From NCBI GenBank assembly GCA_965223845.1, contig CBDCXR010000004.1, forward strand, positions 64,001 to 128,000: a stretch of DNA of 64,000 nt, in the 5' to 3' direction. Numbering within the stretch: the stretch's first letter is position 1; each line of letters begins with the position of its first letter. Of this stretch, positions 1-10,169 are shown one piece after another. The notes below the pieces were generated by a model. It saw only the letters and a list, made by a program, of their open reading frames with translations, had not been told where the DNA came from and searched no databases. This DNA comes from Planctomycetota bacterium (GTDB taxonomy: Bacteria > Planctomycetota > UBA8108 > SXIK01). The position numbers and the translations under genes are program-made.

Positions 1-1466
1 ACGAGCGAGGCTGAGATCGACACCACGTAGGCGATCCCGAGCGGTTCGAGCAAGCGACTCTCGACGCCGGGGAGGAAGAAGACCGGCACGAACACGACGA
101 TGACGATGAACGTCGCGAACGTGATGGAGCTTCGGATTTCTTTGCTCGCGAGAAAAACGACGGTGAGGGCGCTGCGTCGCTCCGGCGGCGGCCGAGCCGA
201 ATTCTCACGCAGGCGGCGGATGACGTTTTCGACGTCGATCACGGCGTCGTCGACCAAGGCTCCGATCGCGATCGCCATCCCGCCGAGCGTCATCGTGTTG
301 ATCGTCGCGCCGAAGGCCTCGAGCACGATGACCGCCGCGACGAGAGACAGCGGAATCGCAGTGAGAGTGATCGCCGTCGCGCGGAGATTCGCGAGGAAGA
401 GAAGCATGATCACGACGACGAGGATTCCACCGTCGCGAAGGGCGTGGGTCACGTTTTTGACTGCGCGCGCGATGAAATCGCTTTGGCGAAAGATGTTGCG
501 CTCGAGAACGATTCCGTCGAGACGCGTCTCGATGCCATCGAGGACTCGATCGATCTCTCTCGTCACCTCGAGAGTGTTCGCCTGTGGCTGCTTCATCACG
601 GTGAGAACGACGGCGGATTCGCCGCGAATCGAGCCCACGCCGCGCTTCGGAGCGGAACCGATGACGACTCGACCTAGATCCCGGACTCGTATGGGGACGC
701 TACCGGCCTCCCGAATCACCACGCTGCCGATGTCGTCCACCGTGCGAAAGCGACCTCGACCAGACACGATGTACTCCGAGCCGGCGGTGTTCAAAAACCC
801 GGCCGACACGTTGCGATTGTCGCTCTGGAGCGCTGCACGAACGGCGTCGAGCGAGACGTCGTAGCTCGTGAGCTTCGCCGTCTCGAGCACGACTTGGTAC
901 TGCTTCAGATCGCCACCGATCACGGCGACTTGGGCGACGCCGGGAACGGAGAGCAGTCGGCGCCGGAGCTGCGTCTCTGCGTAGGTGCGCAGTTCTTCCG
1001 CCCGCTCGGAACTCGCCTCCCCGTCTTCTGCCCGGAGGCCGAGGAGCAAGATCTCTCCCATGATCGACGTCACGGGGGCGAGCACGGGGTGGACGCCTTC
1101 GGGAAGCTGCTCCGCGGCGAGGGCGAGGCGTTCACTCACGATGATCCGTGCGTCCCTTTGATTCTCATCCCATTCGAATTCGGCCCAGACGATCGACAGG
1201 CCCGGTACGGTCGAGGAGCGAACGCGGCGCACGCCGGACGCGCCGTTGAGGGCGGTTTCGATGGGGAACGTGACCTGCTGCTCGAGGTCGAGTGGCGCCA
1301 TCCCGTGCGCTTCGGTGAGGACGGTCACGGTGGGCGCAGTCAGATCGGGAAACACGTCGACGGGAAGTCGAAACGCGGTGCGGGCACCGATGGCACAGGC
1401 GACCACAGCGGCGGAAACAACGATCGCGCGGTGACGGAGAGACCAGCGAATGAGGTGATCGATCAT
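1..1466 (-). CDS. CusA/CzcA-family heavy-metal RND efflux permease (5' part, runs off window start)
   Basis: Manual translation from ATG 1466: [10 protein letters not shown]...[53 protein letters not shown], typical HME-RND N-terminus; directly downstream of an MFP gene. Confidence 0.9.
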   Translation of the reverse strand, partial: [488 protein letters not shown]

Positions 1467-1480
1467 CGTCGCGGCCGCAC

Positions 1481-3115
1481 TCAGTGAGAGTGCCCGTGCG
1501 AGGGAACGCTGGTCGCGAGGGACGCGAGCCGGATCGTCCAGGCGTCGGTGCTCGCCACGCGCTCCCCTTCTGCGACTCCGCGCTTCACCTCGACGTATCC
1601 GCCGTCGCGGCGACCGAGCACGACGGGACGACGCTCGAAGGTCTCGCCCGCGAGCTGTACGAACGCGACGTAACGGCCGTCCTCTTCGACGAGCGCCGAC
1701 TCCGGAATCGCGATGGCCTCGGCGGGTTCGTCGATCTCGATGGCGACCTCCACCGCGAGTCCGATGCGAAGGAATCCCTCGCCGTTCTCGACCTCGTAGA
1801 CGAGGGGGACCGTGCGCGTCGAGGCGTCGACCTCGAGTCCCGCGTACACGAGCGAAAGCGGAGCTCGTTTCCCGGATGGGAGCTCGATGCTCGCCCTCGG
1901 CGCGACGCCGAGCTCGGTGATCGAGCTCTCGGGGACGCGTGCCTCGACCTGAACTCGCGACCCGTCGAGGACGGCGAAAATCGAGCTCGCCGGGCCGACG
2001 TGTTCTCCGGGCGAGCGGTGGACCTCGACGACGGTACCGGAAATCGGCGCTGCGATCGGGACCGGGGCGAAATTCGCGTCGCCCGCCTTCTCGTCGCTCG
2101 CGCGGTAGGTTTCGACGAAGCGTCGCGCGCTTTCGTACGCGCCTCGGATGCTCTTCGCCGCGTCACGGGCCCGCTCGGCGGCCTCGACCGCGAACTGCGC
2201 CTGCTCGTGCTCCCGCGGAGACGACGCACCGGTCTTCGCGAGCTCGGCAACGCGCGCCAAGGTCTTCTTGGCGAGCTCGAGTTTCGCTTGTGCTTGCTGC
2301 TCCGCTGCGTCGGCTTCGGCGATCTTCGTGGCGAGCTCCAGTACATCGGAGCTCGGGAGTGTCGGCTGGACGAGCGCGAGCGGCTCTCCCGCGGCGACCG
2401 AGCGACCGCGGGCGGGAAACGGCGTTTCGGCCGATGCGATGAGTCGCCCGGCGACCGGAGAGGAAAGCGTGACGCGTCGGCCAGGGATCGCACGCACACG
2501 GCCCGGATAGACACGACTGCTCCGAAGTTGTCGTTTCGCCGCGGACTCCGTTCGCATCGCGAGAGGCCACTGCTGCTCCTTGAGGAACGATACGCCCTCG
2601 ACCTCGTCGGGAGGCTCGGCGTTCCATGCGTCTTGTTCGTTCGTGTAGACGACGACGTCTGGAAGGCGAAGACGGACCTCGCCGCTCTCAGACGGGATTC
2701 GGAGTGACGCTTGCCACGAACCCGCCGACGGAAAACGGATCGACGGAAGATAGATCCCGTCTCGGACTACGTTTTCCGCCGTGTGCTCGAAGGACTCGCC
2801 GGACGAGCTCGTAAACTCGAAGGTCACGGCGCCCTCGCGGCGCGGCTCTCCCGTAGCGAGCTCCGAGACGTGCGTGATGAATTCGACGGGATTTTTCGCG
2901 ACGGGATACTCGTGCTCGATGAACGCTTCGTAGCCGTGCGACCAAATCGTGAACTGCGCGGCGTGCGGCTCGGCATGCGAGCCCGCTTCGTCCGCGGAAT
3001 GGGGGTGTGGATGTGGATGCGGATGCGAATGCGACGACGAATGGTCGCGAAGGTCGCAACCGGCTGAGCCGATCGCGATCGCTGCGAGAACGAGCGTCGC
3101 GGGGGATACGTTCAT
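1481..3115 (-). CDS. RND efflux periplasmic adaptor (MFP, CzcB/CusB-like) with lipoprotein signal and His-rich N-terminus
   Basis: Start MNVSPATLVLAA..SAGC (lipobox-like), HSHPHPHPHPH tract, IAAPISGTVVEV and AIAIPESALV motifs, C-terminal HGHSH. Confidence 0.88.
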   Translation of the reverse strand: MNVSPATLVLAAIAIGSAGCDLRDHSSSHSHPHPHPHPHSADEAGSHAEPHAAQFTIWSHGYEAFIEHEYPVAKNPVEFITHVSELATGEPRREGAVTFEFTSSSGESFEHTAENVVRDGIYLPSIRFPSAGSWQASLRIPSESGEVRLRLPDVVVYTNEQDAWNAEPPDEVEGVSFLKEQQWPLAMRTESAAKRQLRSSRVYPGRVRAIPGRRVTLSSPVAGRLIASAETPFPARGRSVAAGEPLALVQPTLPSSDVLELATKIAEADAAEQQAQAKLELAKKTLARVAELAKTGASSPREHEQAQFAVEAAERARDAAKSIRGAYESARRFVETYRASDEKAGDANFAPVPIAAPISGTVVEVHRSPGEHVGPASSIFAVLDGSRVQVEARVPESSITELGVAPRASIELPSGKRAPLSLVYAGLEVDASTRTVPLVYEVENGEGFLRIGLAVEVAIEIDEPAEAIAIPESALVEEDGRYVAFVQLAGETFERRPVVLGRRDGGYVEVKRGVAEGERVASTDAWTIRLASLATSVPSHGHSH

Positions 3116-3387
3116 GATGGAGTCTCCGGGCGGTCGGCCCCAAGCGGGCGACGGAGGCGGAGTGGACGGCAGCGGGGACGTCGACCACGCCATCGATAGA
3201 AAGGCGTGCCGGTCGAAATCGGCCCGCGGACGACGCGGGAACGCTCTGGACGCTGTTTCGAGATCCCGGCTTCGTCGACCCGGGCTTGATGATCGACTCC
3301 GCGAGACCGGCTTTCGTCGTCCTCACTCGATGGGAGGATCGGACACGCTCGGCCCACGGCCCACGGAGCAAGACTCGAAACAGCGTC

Positions 3388-3882
3388 TTAGCGTGCGGGG
3401 GGACCGCGAGGCGCGGTGCCGGCGCGTACTCGCTGTCGATGTCGAGGTCCGGGCGGCGACGTGGAGACTCGCGCGCGCGCGTCCGGCGGCGAATCGGCCG
3501 TGACGCCGGAGATCGCGTCGCCCGGCGGAGCGGGCACTTTCTCGGTCGCCGAGATTCCGCTCAGGGCGGCGTGCCGTTCGCGGCAGGGTGCGCCGCCTCC
3601 GTGTCCGCAGTGATGGTGGTCACCGCAGAGCTGCTCCTCGTTTGGATCCGCAAGATGAGCACACGCATGACCGAGCGGCGCGCCGACCGGCTCGGCCGCG
3701 AGCTCGAACGCAGAGTGAGGAACCCACTCTCCGCCCATTCCGTGGTGGGGCTCGGCGATCAGGTGAAGCGGCGTCCAGATTCCGTAGAGCCAAGCGAACG
3801 CGACCGCGATGCCACGAGCGAGCAGGGCTCGAGGACGGGAGCGATCGGCTGGCGAGATCGGGCGGGGACGCGAACGAGTCAT
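3388..3882 (-). CDS. His/Cys-rich leader protein ending in PRGPP (DUF2946/CruR-like, RAPP-type arrest peptide candidate)
   Basis: 164 aa from ATG 3882: hydrophobic segment, HACAH..LCGDHHHCGH..PC..RH, C-terminus AGTAPRGPPAR*; upstream of the metal RND operon on the same strand. Confidence 0.65.
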   Translation of the reverse strand: MTRSRPRPISPADRSRPRALLARGIAVAFAWLYGIWTPLHLIAEPHHGMGGEWVPHSAFELAAEPVGAPLGHACAHLADPNEEQLCGDHHHCGHGGGAPCRERHAALSGISATEKVPAPPGDAISGVTADSPPDARARVSTSPPGPRHRQRVRAGTAPRGPPAR

Positions 3883-4060
3883 ACGGATACTGTACCGCCA
3901 GCTCGCCCGATTCGGAACGAGGAACGCAGCCGCAACGTCCGGTAAGCCCCTAGAGGAGATGTGACGAGCTGAGCTCGTGCTCGCGCGAGAGTCCGCCGCA
4001 CGCGACCGTGGGTCGATTGAGTGGTGTCGAGACCGGCCTTCAACCTCGCATGGCCGGCGC

Positions 4061-5434
4061 TCAGAACAGCTCGTCGATGACTTCGCCGCGATCGATCGCC
4101 GGGCGGGGGCGTCCGGAGCGATCGAGAAAGTGGAGCGAAGGATCCACGCCGAGGACGCGGTAGATCGTCGCGTGGAGATCGCCGGGGGTGATCGGTCGCT
4201 CGACGGGACGTTCGCCTCGCGCATCCGTCGCGCCGACGATGCGCCCCCCCTGGACCCCGCCGCCGCCGAGGAGACAGAACATCGCGTTTCCCCAGTGATC
4301 GCGACCCGGTGTTCCGTTTCCGCTGCCGTTGTTCATCTTCGGCGTGCGCGAAAACTCTCCGCAGAGAACGACGAGCACCCTTTCGAGAAGCCCAGTGGCG
4401 GCAAGGTCCTCGAACAGAGCGGACACGGGGCGATCGACACGTGGCAGATGGCGGTTCATTCCCGCCTCGAGGTTCCAGTGGTGATCCCAGCCGCCGAAGT
4501 GGACCGTGACGAACGTCGAGCCGGCCTCCACGAGTCGCCGCGCGAGGAGGACGCTCTGCCCCCAAGTGTGGCGACCGTAACGATCGCGGACCCGCGAATC
4601 CTCCGTTTCGATGTCGAAGGCTCTCCGTGCGGCGGGGCCGCAGACGAGCTCGAACGCTTGCTGCTGAAAGCGGTCGAGAGTTTCGAACGCGCCGGAGGTT
4701 TCGACTTCGCGTTCGAGTCGGTCCAGTCGCGCACGGAGCTCTCGACGATCGGACAAGCGCTCGACGCTCCGCGCGCCGTTCGTCGCGAGGTTTTGAACCG
4801 TGAAACCTCTACGGTTCGGGTCGCCGCCCGTTTGAAACGGGTCGTGATGCACACCGAGATAGTTTCCGCCGAAGTACCCGGGGCGGATGCCGATGCTCGA
4901 CGCGACCGGAACTGAGACGTACGGCGGCATTCCGGCGCGCCGCGCACCGCAGACCTTCGTCGCGATCGAGCCGATGGACGGACTCTTTCCTGCCGTGTCG
5001 CCGCCGCTCGCGCCGCCTCTTCCCGTGAGAATGTGATGCCCGCCGGTGAAGTGATCGCCCGAGCCGTGGTGAAGGGAGCGAACGATCGAAAACTTGTCCG
5101 CGCACTTCGCCTGAAGCGGGAACAGCTCGGAGATTTCGATCCCGGAAACGTTGGTCGGAATCGGTCGCCAGATCCCGCGATACTCGCGCGGGGCGTCCGG
5201 CTTCATGTCGTAGAGATCGAGATGGCTCGGGCCGCCGTCGAGCCAGAGGAGGATCACCGAAGTGTCCTTCCTCTCGCCGGGTGAGGCGGTCCGGAGTCGC
5301 GACTCTTCGCGTGCGCGAAGGATGTCGGCGAGACCGACGCTGGCCATTCCGGCCACGCCGATCTGTACGAAGCTGCGGCGGCTGAAACCGTCGCAATACG
5401 TGCCGGTTGCGGTTCCCGCGTCGACTCGAAACAT
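4061..5434 (-). CDS. DUF1501 domain protein (Tat-type SRRSF motif)
   Basis: SVILLWLDGGPSHLDLYDMKP, LLARRLVEAG, GWDHH, GEFSRTP, GRDHW motifs. Confidence 0.92.
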   Translation of the reverse strand: MFRVDAGTATGTYCDGFSRRSFVQIGVAGMASVGLADILRAREESRLRTASPGERKDTSVILLWLDGGPSHLDLYDMKPDAPREYRGIWRPIPTNVSGIEISELFPLQAKCADKFSIVRSLHHGSGDHFTGGHHILTGRGGASGGDTAGKSPSIGSIATKVCGARRAGMPPYVSVPVASSIGIRPGYFGGNYLGVHHDPFQTGGDPNRRGFTVQNLATNGARSVERLSDRRELRARLDRLEREVETSGAFETLDRFQQQAFELVCGPAARRAFDIETEDSRVRDRYGRHTWGQSVLLARRLVEAGSTFVTVHFGGWDHHWNLEAGMNRHLPRVDRPVSALFEDLAATGLLERVLVVLCGEFSRTPKMNNGSGNGTPGRDHWGNAMFCLLGGGGVQGGRIVGATDARGERPVERPITPGDLHATIYRVLGVDPSLHFLDRSGRPRPAIDRGEVIDELF

Positions 5435-5587
5435 GGCAGAGTCTCCGGACGAACTCGGGCAGTCGCTCCGATCTCGGAGTCCAGCTTGTGCGCCGGAATT
5501 GTACGTAGCCGCCCGCCCGGCCGGCAACGAGTGTTTTCTCGCGGGGCGGCGGTTCCGCGAACCCGCCGCGATGACGGCGGGTGGATT

Positions 5588-7057
5588 TCAGCGATCGCCG
5601 CTGCGTTCGTCGCCGTCTGCCGATCGGCCGTAGAGCCGCACTTCGTCGAAGTCCCCGGTGTCGTCGAAGCTACCCACTCCGACGCGCCCGGCCAGAAACG
5701 TCTTGTCGACGGCCGACATCACGGGGCGCGACATGTCGTCGAAGTAGACATCGATCCGGCCATCGCTCACGGAGCGATGAATCCGAACGCGATGCCACGC
5801 GTCATCCCAGTCGATTCCCATCGTCCGTTCGCGCGCGATCGTCTTCCGCGGCTTGTCGTTCACGAGAAAGATCGAATTCGCGTGATCGTCGCCGCGCTTC
5901 CCGAGATGAACGTAGTAGAACTTCGAGGGCCCCTGATAGCCGAAGAACAGACAGAGATCCCGATGCGGGTAGTCGGGAATCGTCGATCGAATCGTGACGT
6001 CGAGGGCGAAATCCCCGACCGCGACATCCTTAAGCAGGGCGATGTGAAACGGCGATCGCACCTTCGGCCGGTACGAGTTCTTCTTCTCGAAGAGGCGGAG
6101 GAATCGTCGGTTCTTCGATCCGTCGAGCCGCCAGGAAGTCTCGTCCGTAAACTCCCAGCGCGCGTGTCCCGACTCAAAGTCGTCGATCGCGACGAGAGGG
6201 AGCGGTCCAGCGCGGAGGTACCGGTCGAAGAACGCGTACGTCTCCGCCTCGGTCTTCGCGCGGCGTTCGCCACCCCAGCCGTGGTCGGCTCCCTCGATGA
6301 GCTCGAGTCGATGAGGCACGCCGATGCGGTCGAGCTCGCGGTGGAACATCGTCGCCTGCTCGACGGGGACGATGCGATCTTTCGTACCGTGAAACGTGAG
6401 CACTGGTGCGTCGCCGCGAGAGAGATGGGTCACCGGCGAGAAGTCCCAGTACGTGGATTTCTTCTCCGCGTAGGATCCACCGGCCAGAAACTCGATCAGT
6501 CGGCGCGATCCCTCGGGCCATCCTTCGGGGCCGCGCATGTCGGTCGGGCCGAAGACGTTGACGACGGCCTGAACGGTCGATCGCGGACGCTCTTCGCGAT
6601 CGGAGAGAACGCCGAGCATGAGAGAGAGGTGGCCTCCGGCGGATGCTCCCGTGACGCCGATCCGCGCGGGGTCTCCTCCGAATTCGCTCGCGTGCGAGCG
6701 CACCCACTCGATCGCCGAGCGGACGTCCTCGAGCTGCGCCGGCCACTGCGCGATCTCCGAGAGACGGTACGTCACCGTCGCGGCGACGTACCCGCGTCGC
6801 GCGAGTTTCCTGACGACTTCTCCGTAATGCTGGCGCTCACCCATTCTCCAACCCCCGCCGTGAATGCAAACGACGATCGGCCGCGGGAGGTCTCCGATTT
6901 TCGGATGCGCGATATCGAGTTGCAGCTCGAGGTCACCGCGTTTCGCGTAGGTGAGATTCGGCCGTTCGACGATCGCGTTCGTCGCGTCGCCCGCGACCGC
7001 GGACGCGGCGATCAAGAGAACGCCCGGGAGCGAGTAAGCGGGGGAACGGCGGCGCAT
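5588..7057 (-). CDS. Secreted alpha/beta hydrolase (BD-FAE/esterase) with C-terminal lectin-like beta-sandwich
   Basis: HGGGW oxyanion motif, GASAG nucleophile, HGTKD..VP, GADHG; signal peptide; beta-rich C-terminal domain. Confidence 0.85.
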   Translation of the reverse strand: MRRRSPAYSLPGVLLIAASAVAGDATNAIVERPNLTYAKRGDLELQLDIAHPKIGDLPRPIVVCIHGGGWRMGERQHYGEVVRKLARRGYVAATVTYRLSEIAQWPAQLEDVRSAIEWVRSHASEFGGDPARIGVTGASAGGHLSLMLGVLSDREERPRSTVQAVVNVFGPTDMRGPEGWPEGSRRLIEFLAGGSYAEKKSTYWDFSPVTHLSRGDAPVLTFHGTKDRIVPVEQATMFHRELDRIGVPHRLELIEGADHGWGGERRAKTEAETYAFFDRYLRAGPLPLVAIDDFESGHARWEFTDETSWRLDGSKNRRFLRLFEKKNSYRPKVRSPFHIALLKDVAVGDFALDVTIRSTIPDYPHRDLCLFFGYQGPSKFYYVHLGKRGDDHANSIFLVNDKPRKTIARERTMGIDWDDAWHRVRIHRSVSDGRIDVYFDDMSRPVMSAVDKTFLAGRVGVGSFDDTGDFDEVRLYGRSADGDERSGDR

Positions 7058-7254
7058 CGTGTCTCTCCGTGGTGGATTCGGCGTCATGGGTGGGGATCTC
7101 GCTGAATGATAGCCAAACTCGAGCGAAGATCCTCGCGAGGAAACGTCGCGGGTGAGGATCTTCGCTCTCGGAATCGGGTAGGATGGAGCCTGCACCGTCG
7201 TCCGTGGGGGCGTCGGGCACTCGACAAAGCGTTCCCGAGGGACCTCCGAGCGGA

Positions 7255-8985
7255 ATGAGAGCGTCTACCTTCGTCTCCACCGGACTCCTACTCGGCGCCG
7301 GATTCGCCGCCGGGTTCGTCGTCCGCGACATCGTCTCACGTCCTGCGGTTGTCGACGAACCCTCGTCGCCGCAAGTGAAGATCGACGAAGCGCAGCTTCA
7401 GGCGGGGGCTGAGGTCGCGCGTGCGCTCGTGGCGTCCCTCCGGGGGGACGCGTCCGAGGAGGACGGGTCGGGCGATTCTTACCACCGCCGCGAACGCACG
7501 CGCGCGGAGGCGTTCGCCGCGCTACAGGGCGCGCTCGCCGATGGCGATGAGCGCCGTGTGCGCGAGGCTCTCCACGATCTCTCGCGCGGCGGCGGCGAGC
7601 GACTCTCGAGCGAAGAGCTGGCGGCGCTCGGCGGACTCCTTCGCGAATTCGACTCGCATCACCTGCGGGATCTTTCTCGGGCGATCGTGATGAGCGGCGG
7701 TGAGGAAGGCGTCGACATCGTGATGGCGTTCGCGCACGACGCCGGACTCTCTCTCGAGGCACGCATGCACGCTCTCGAGGGACTCATGCACGTACCGCCC
7801 GAACACGCGGGGAATCTTCTTCCGGCGCTCTCGGACTTTCTCGAGAGCGGAGCGCCGCCGCGCCTCGAGCACACCGCAGCGCGCGCGATCGGCGAGCTCG
7901 CCGGCGACCGCGCGTCGAGCGTCCTTCTCGGGCTCCTCTCCGAGCGCCCGGGCGTGCGCCCGGAGGTCGTGTTCGACGCTCTGGGTGATGTCGGAGGAAT
8001 CGGCGACGCGGAGACGCTCGCCGGCATGCTCGGGGGGGAGTGGAGTCGGCGGGAGAAGTCATCGCTTCTCCACGCCGTCGGTCAGATCGCAGCCCGAAGC
8101 GAGAACGCGGAGGTCCTCCTCGATATGATGCGCGAGCCTCCCGGCGGAGTTTCACGGTCGATGGTTGCCGAAGCGATCGAGCGTTCCGCTCATCACCTCG
8201 ATGCCGAGTTTCTGAAGGAGGCATTGCTCGAGGCGTCGGCGGACGGTCGCGCGCAGCAGAGGATCGCTCGTGCGCTCATGGAAAATGCCGGCAACGTCGG
8301 ACTCGAGATCCTGCTCGAGGTCTCGGGCCGCGCGGACTACGAGCTCGACGGTCGCGCTCTCGCCCGCGCGCTCGGCGATGGGGCCGGCGGCGAGGCGGTG
8401 CCCGTGATGATGGACCTGCTGCGAAAGGGAGGCGACGCGGGCACGCTCGAGTCGCTCGCACGCGGCGTGTTTCGACGCGGCGGGCGAGAGAGCGTCGAGA
8501 GCCTCGTCCGGCTCCTCGAGGGAGGGACTGCGGCGCAGCGTCGCGCGGTCGCGCACGGCCTAGGTGAAGCGGACGCGTCGGCTCTCGGAATGGATCGCCT
8601 CGTCGAGGCTCTCCGAACGGAGGGCGATCGCGATGTGCGCTCTGGGCTTGCGCGGTCGATCAGCCGCCTCTACGGGGGAGCGGGATTCGACGAGGTCGCG
8701 GGAGTCCTGCGTTCTCCCGACCTCGATCGCGAGCACCGTCACGCGATGATGTGGGGGCTCGAGGAAGCCCTTCGTCGCGACGTTCCGGCGGCGCGCGAGC
8801 TCTTCGTCGATCTCGCGGCAAACAATGCCGCGCCGGACATTCGGCGACACGCCGTCGAAATCATCGCACACGCGCACGACGCGACTTTCGTACCCCAGCT
8901 CGAACGCCTGCTGGAGCGGGAATCACATCCTCACGTGCGCGAACAAATCGTCGAAGCGATTCGACGGCTCAGGGACGACGAGTAG
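7255..8985 (+). CDS. Membrane-anchored HEAT-repeat protein
   Basis: N-terminal TM helix, then repeated helical units of the type ..VR..A..AL (e.g. RDVRSGLARSI, PHVREQIVEAIRRL). Confidence 0.65.
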   Translation: MRASTFVSTGLLLGAGFAAGFVVRDIVSRPAVVDEPSSPQVKIDEAQLQAGAEVARALVASLRGDASEEDGSGDSYHRRERTRAEAFAALQGALADGDERRVREALHDLSRGGGERLSSEELAALGGLLREFDSHHLRDLSRAIVMSGGEEGVDIVMAFAHDAGLSLEARMHALEGLMHVPPEHAGNLLPALSDFLESGAPPRLEHTAARAIGELAGDRASSVLLGLLSERPGVRPEVVFDALGDVGGIGDAETLAGMLGGEWSRREKSSLLHAVGQIAARSENAEVLLDMMREPPGGVSRSMVAEAIERSAHHLDAEFLKEALLEASADGRAQQRIARALMENAGNVGLEILLEVSGRADYELDGRALARALGDGAGGEAVPVMMDLLRKGGDAGTLESLARGVFRRGGRESVESLVRLLEGGTAAQRRAVAHGLGEADASALGMDRLVEALRTEGDRDVRSGLARSISRLYGGAGFDEVAGVLRSPDLDREHRHAMMWGLEEALRRDVPAARELFVDLAANNAAPDIRRHAVEIIAHAHDATFVPQLERLLERESHPHVREQIVEAIRRLRDDE

Positions 8986-10021
8986 CCTCCGGAGCACGAT
9001 CGCGTCGCGGGCGATCCGCTTTCTCGGCGACAGCGTGCCGAACCCATTTCCGAAGCTCGTTGCGCGCGGGGCTGGGGCGGAGGATCCACGCGTCGTTGTG
9101 ATTGCGAAATCCTGTCGTCCGGAAGCGGATCTTCAGCTCGATGCCGGCAGCCTCGAGATAGTTGCGCGTCGCTTCGAGCGAGATGCGGCGGTTCGAGGAG
9201 TTTTCGTGGAGGACGAACTGCGGCCGGTTTCCGAGTCGGCGGAGCCTCTCGAGCGCTGAGTTTCGATCGGCGCCGGGGTACGGCCAACTCTCGGCGACAC
9301 CGTCGTAGTGACTGTACGGAACGAACGCTCGCCAGATGCGCGCGATGTCGTCGTCGTAGAGTCCGATGAAGTTGCAGGCGATCGCGCCGCGCGAAAACCC
9401 CGTGAGGATGACTCGTTCCGGATCGCCGCCGTAGCGAGCGCAGATCCAGGGCACCGTCTTCTTGGCGTAGCGGACGGTGGGGCGGGCGTCGTACTCGGGC
9501 GGCGTTCCCCACCAGGATCGTACGTTCTTCTCGCCCGCGGCGTCGAGATACGGAAGGCAGAGCCAGAGATAGCCCTCGCCGGCGGAGATTCCGTACCCGA
9601 GTTTGCTCCCTTCGACGAGACCCGTGCTCACGTCGCCGAAGGCATTCCGGTAGGGACCGTTTCCGGCGAGCTCGACGATGACGGGGAAGCGCCGTCCAGG
9701 CTTCCAATCGGTGGGTAGATAGAGGACGTGGTAAACGCCCGTCGTCCGCCAATCGGGATGGGTTTCCTTCACTCGTTCGCCGGCGGCGGGGGTTCCCTCC
9801 GAGAGTCCGGGAACCGTTAGGTCCGCGGGGACCGAGCGAAGATCGAGAGCGCCCCCCCGGCGTTCGTCGCTCTTTGCGGCGGCGCCGAACGCCGCCAACG
9901 CGATCGCGGCGGCGATGGATGGAATCGTCCACCCTCGAAGCGAAGGGATCGCGGAGCGCTCGACCGACCCGGTCGCCCGTCCACGCGTGCCATCGCCTCC
10001 GCCGTCGCCGGTCGCCATCAT
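8969..10021 (-). CDS. Putative secreted alpha/beta-fold hydrolase
   Basis: LYLPTDW..FPVIVE and GFSRG (GxSxG) motifs, late NH; ATGA overlap with upstream VOC remnant. Confidence 0.6.
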   Translation of the reverse strand: MMATGDGGGDGTRGRATGSVERSAIPSLRGWTIPSIAAAIALAAFGAAAKSDERRGGALDLRSVPADLTVPGLSEGTPAAGERVKETHPDWRTTGVYHVLYLPTDWKPGRRFPVIVELAGNGPYRNAFGDVSTGLVEGSKLGYGISAGEGYLWLCLPYLDAAGEKNVRSWWGTPPEYDARPTVRYAKKTVPWICARYGGDPERVILTGFSRGAIACNFIGLYDDDIARIWRAFVPYSHYDGVAESWPYPGADRNSALERLRRLGNRPQFVLHENSSNRRISLEATRNYLEAAGIELKIRFRTTGFRNHNDAWILRPSPARNELRKWVRHAVAEKADRPRRDRAPEATRRP

Positions 10022-10155
10022 TCGCGTCCGGTTAACGTCGTCGCCGCATCGACGAAGCAAAGCTGATTCCCGAAGGGATTTTCGCCGCCGTAGAATCGGG
10101 CTGCGTCGGCGATGTCGGAAACGGGGAGAATCACACCGAAGAGATGCGGGGCCAT
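10018..10155 (-). pseudogene. VOC/glyoxalase-family gene with large in-frame internal deletion (45 aa)
   Basis: MAPHLFGVILPVSDIADAARFYG fused directly to ENPFGNQLCFVDAATTLTG: the N- and C-terminal VOC signatures with the middle missing. Confidence 0.65.
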
Positions 10156-10169
10156 CGAATCCTCGCGGA

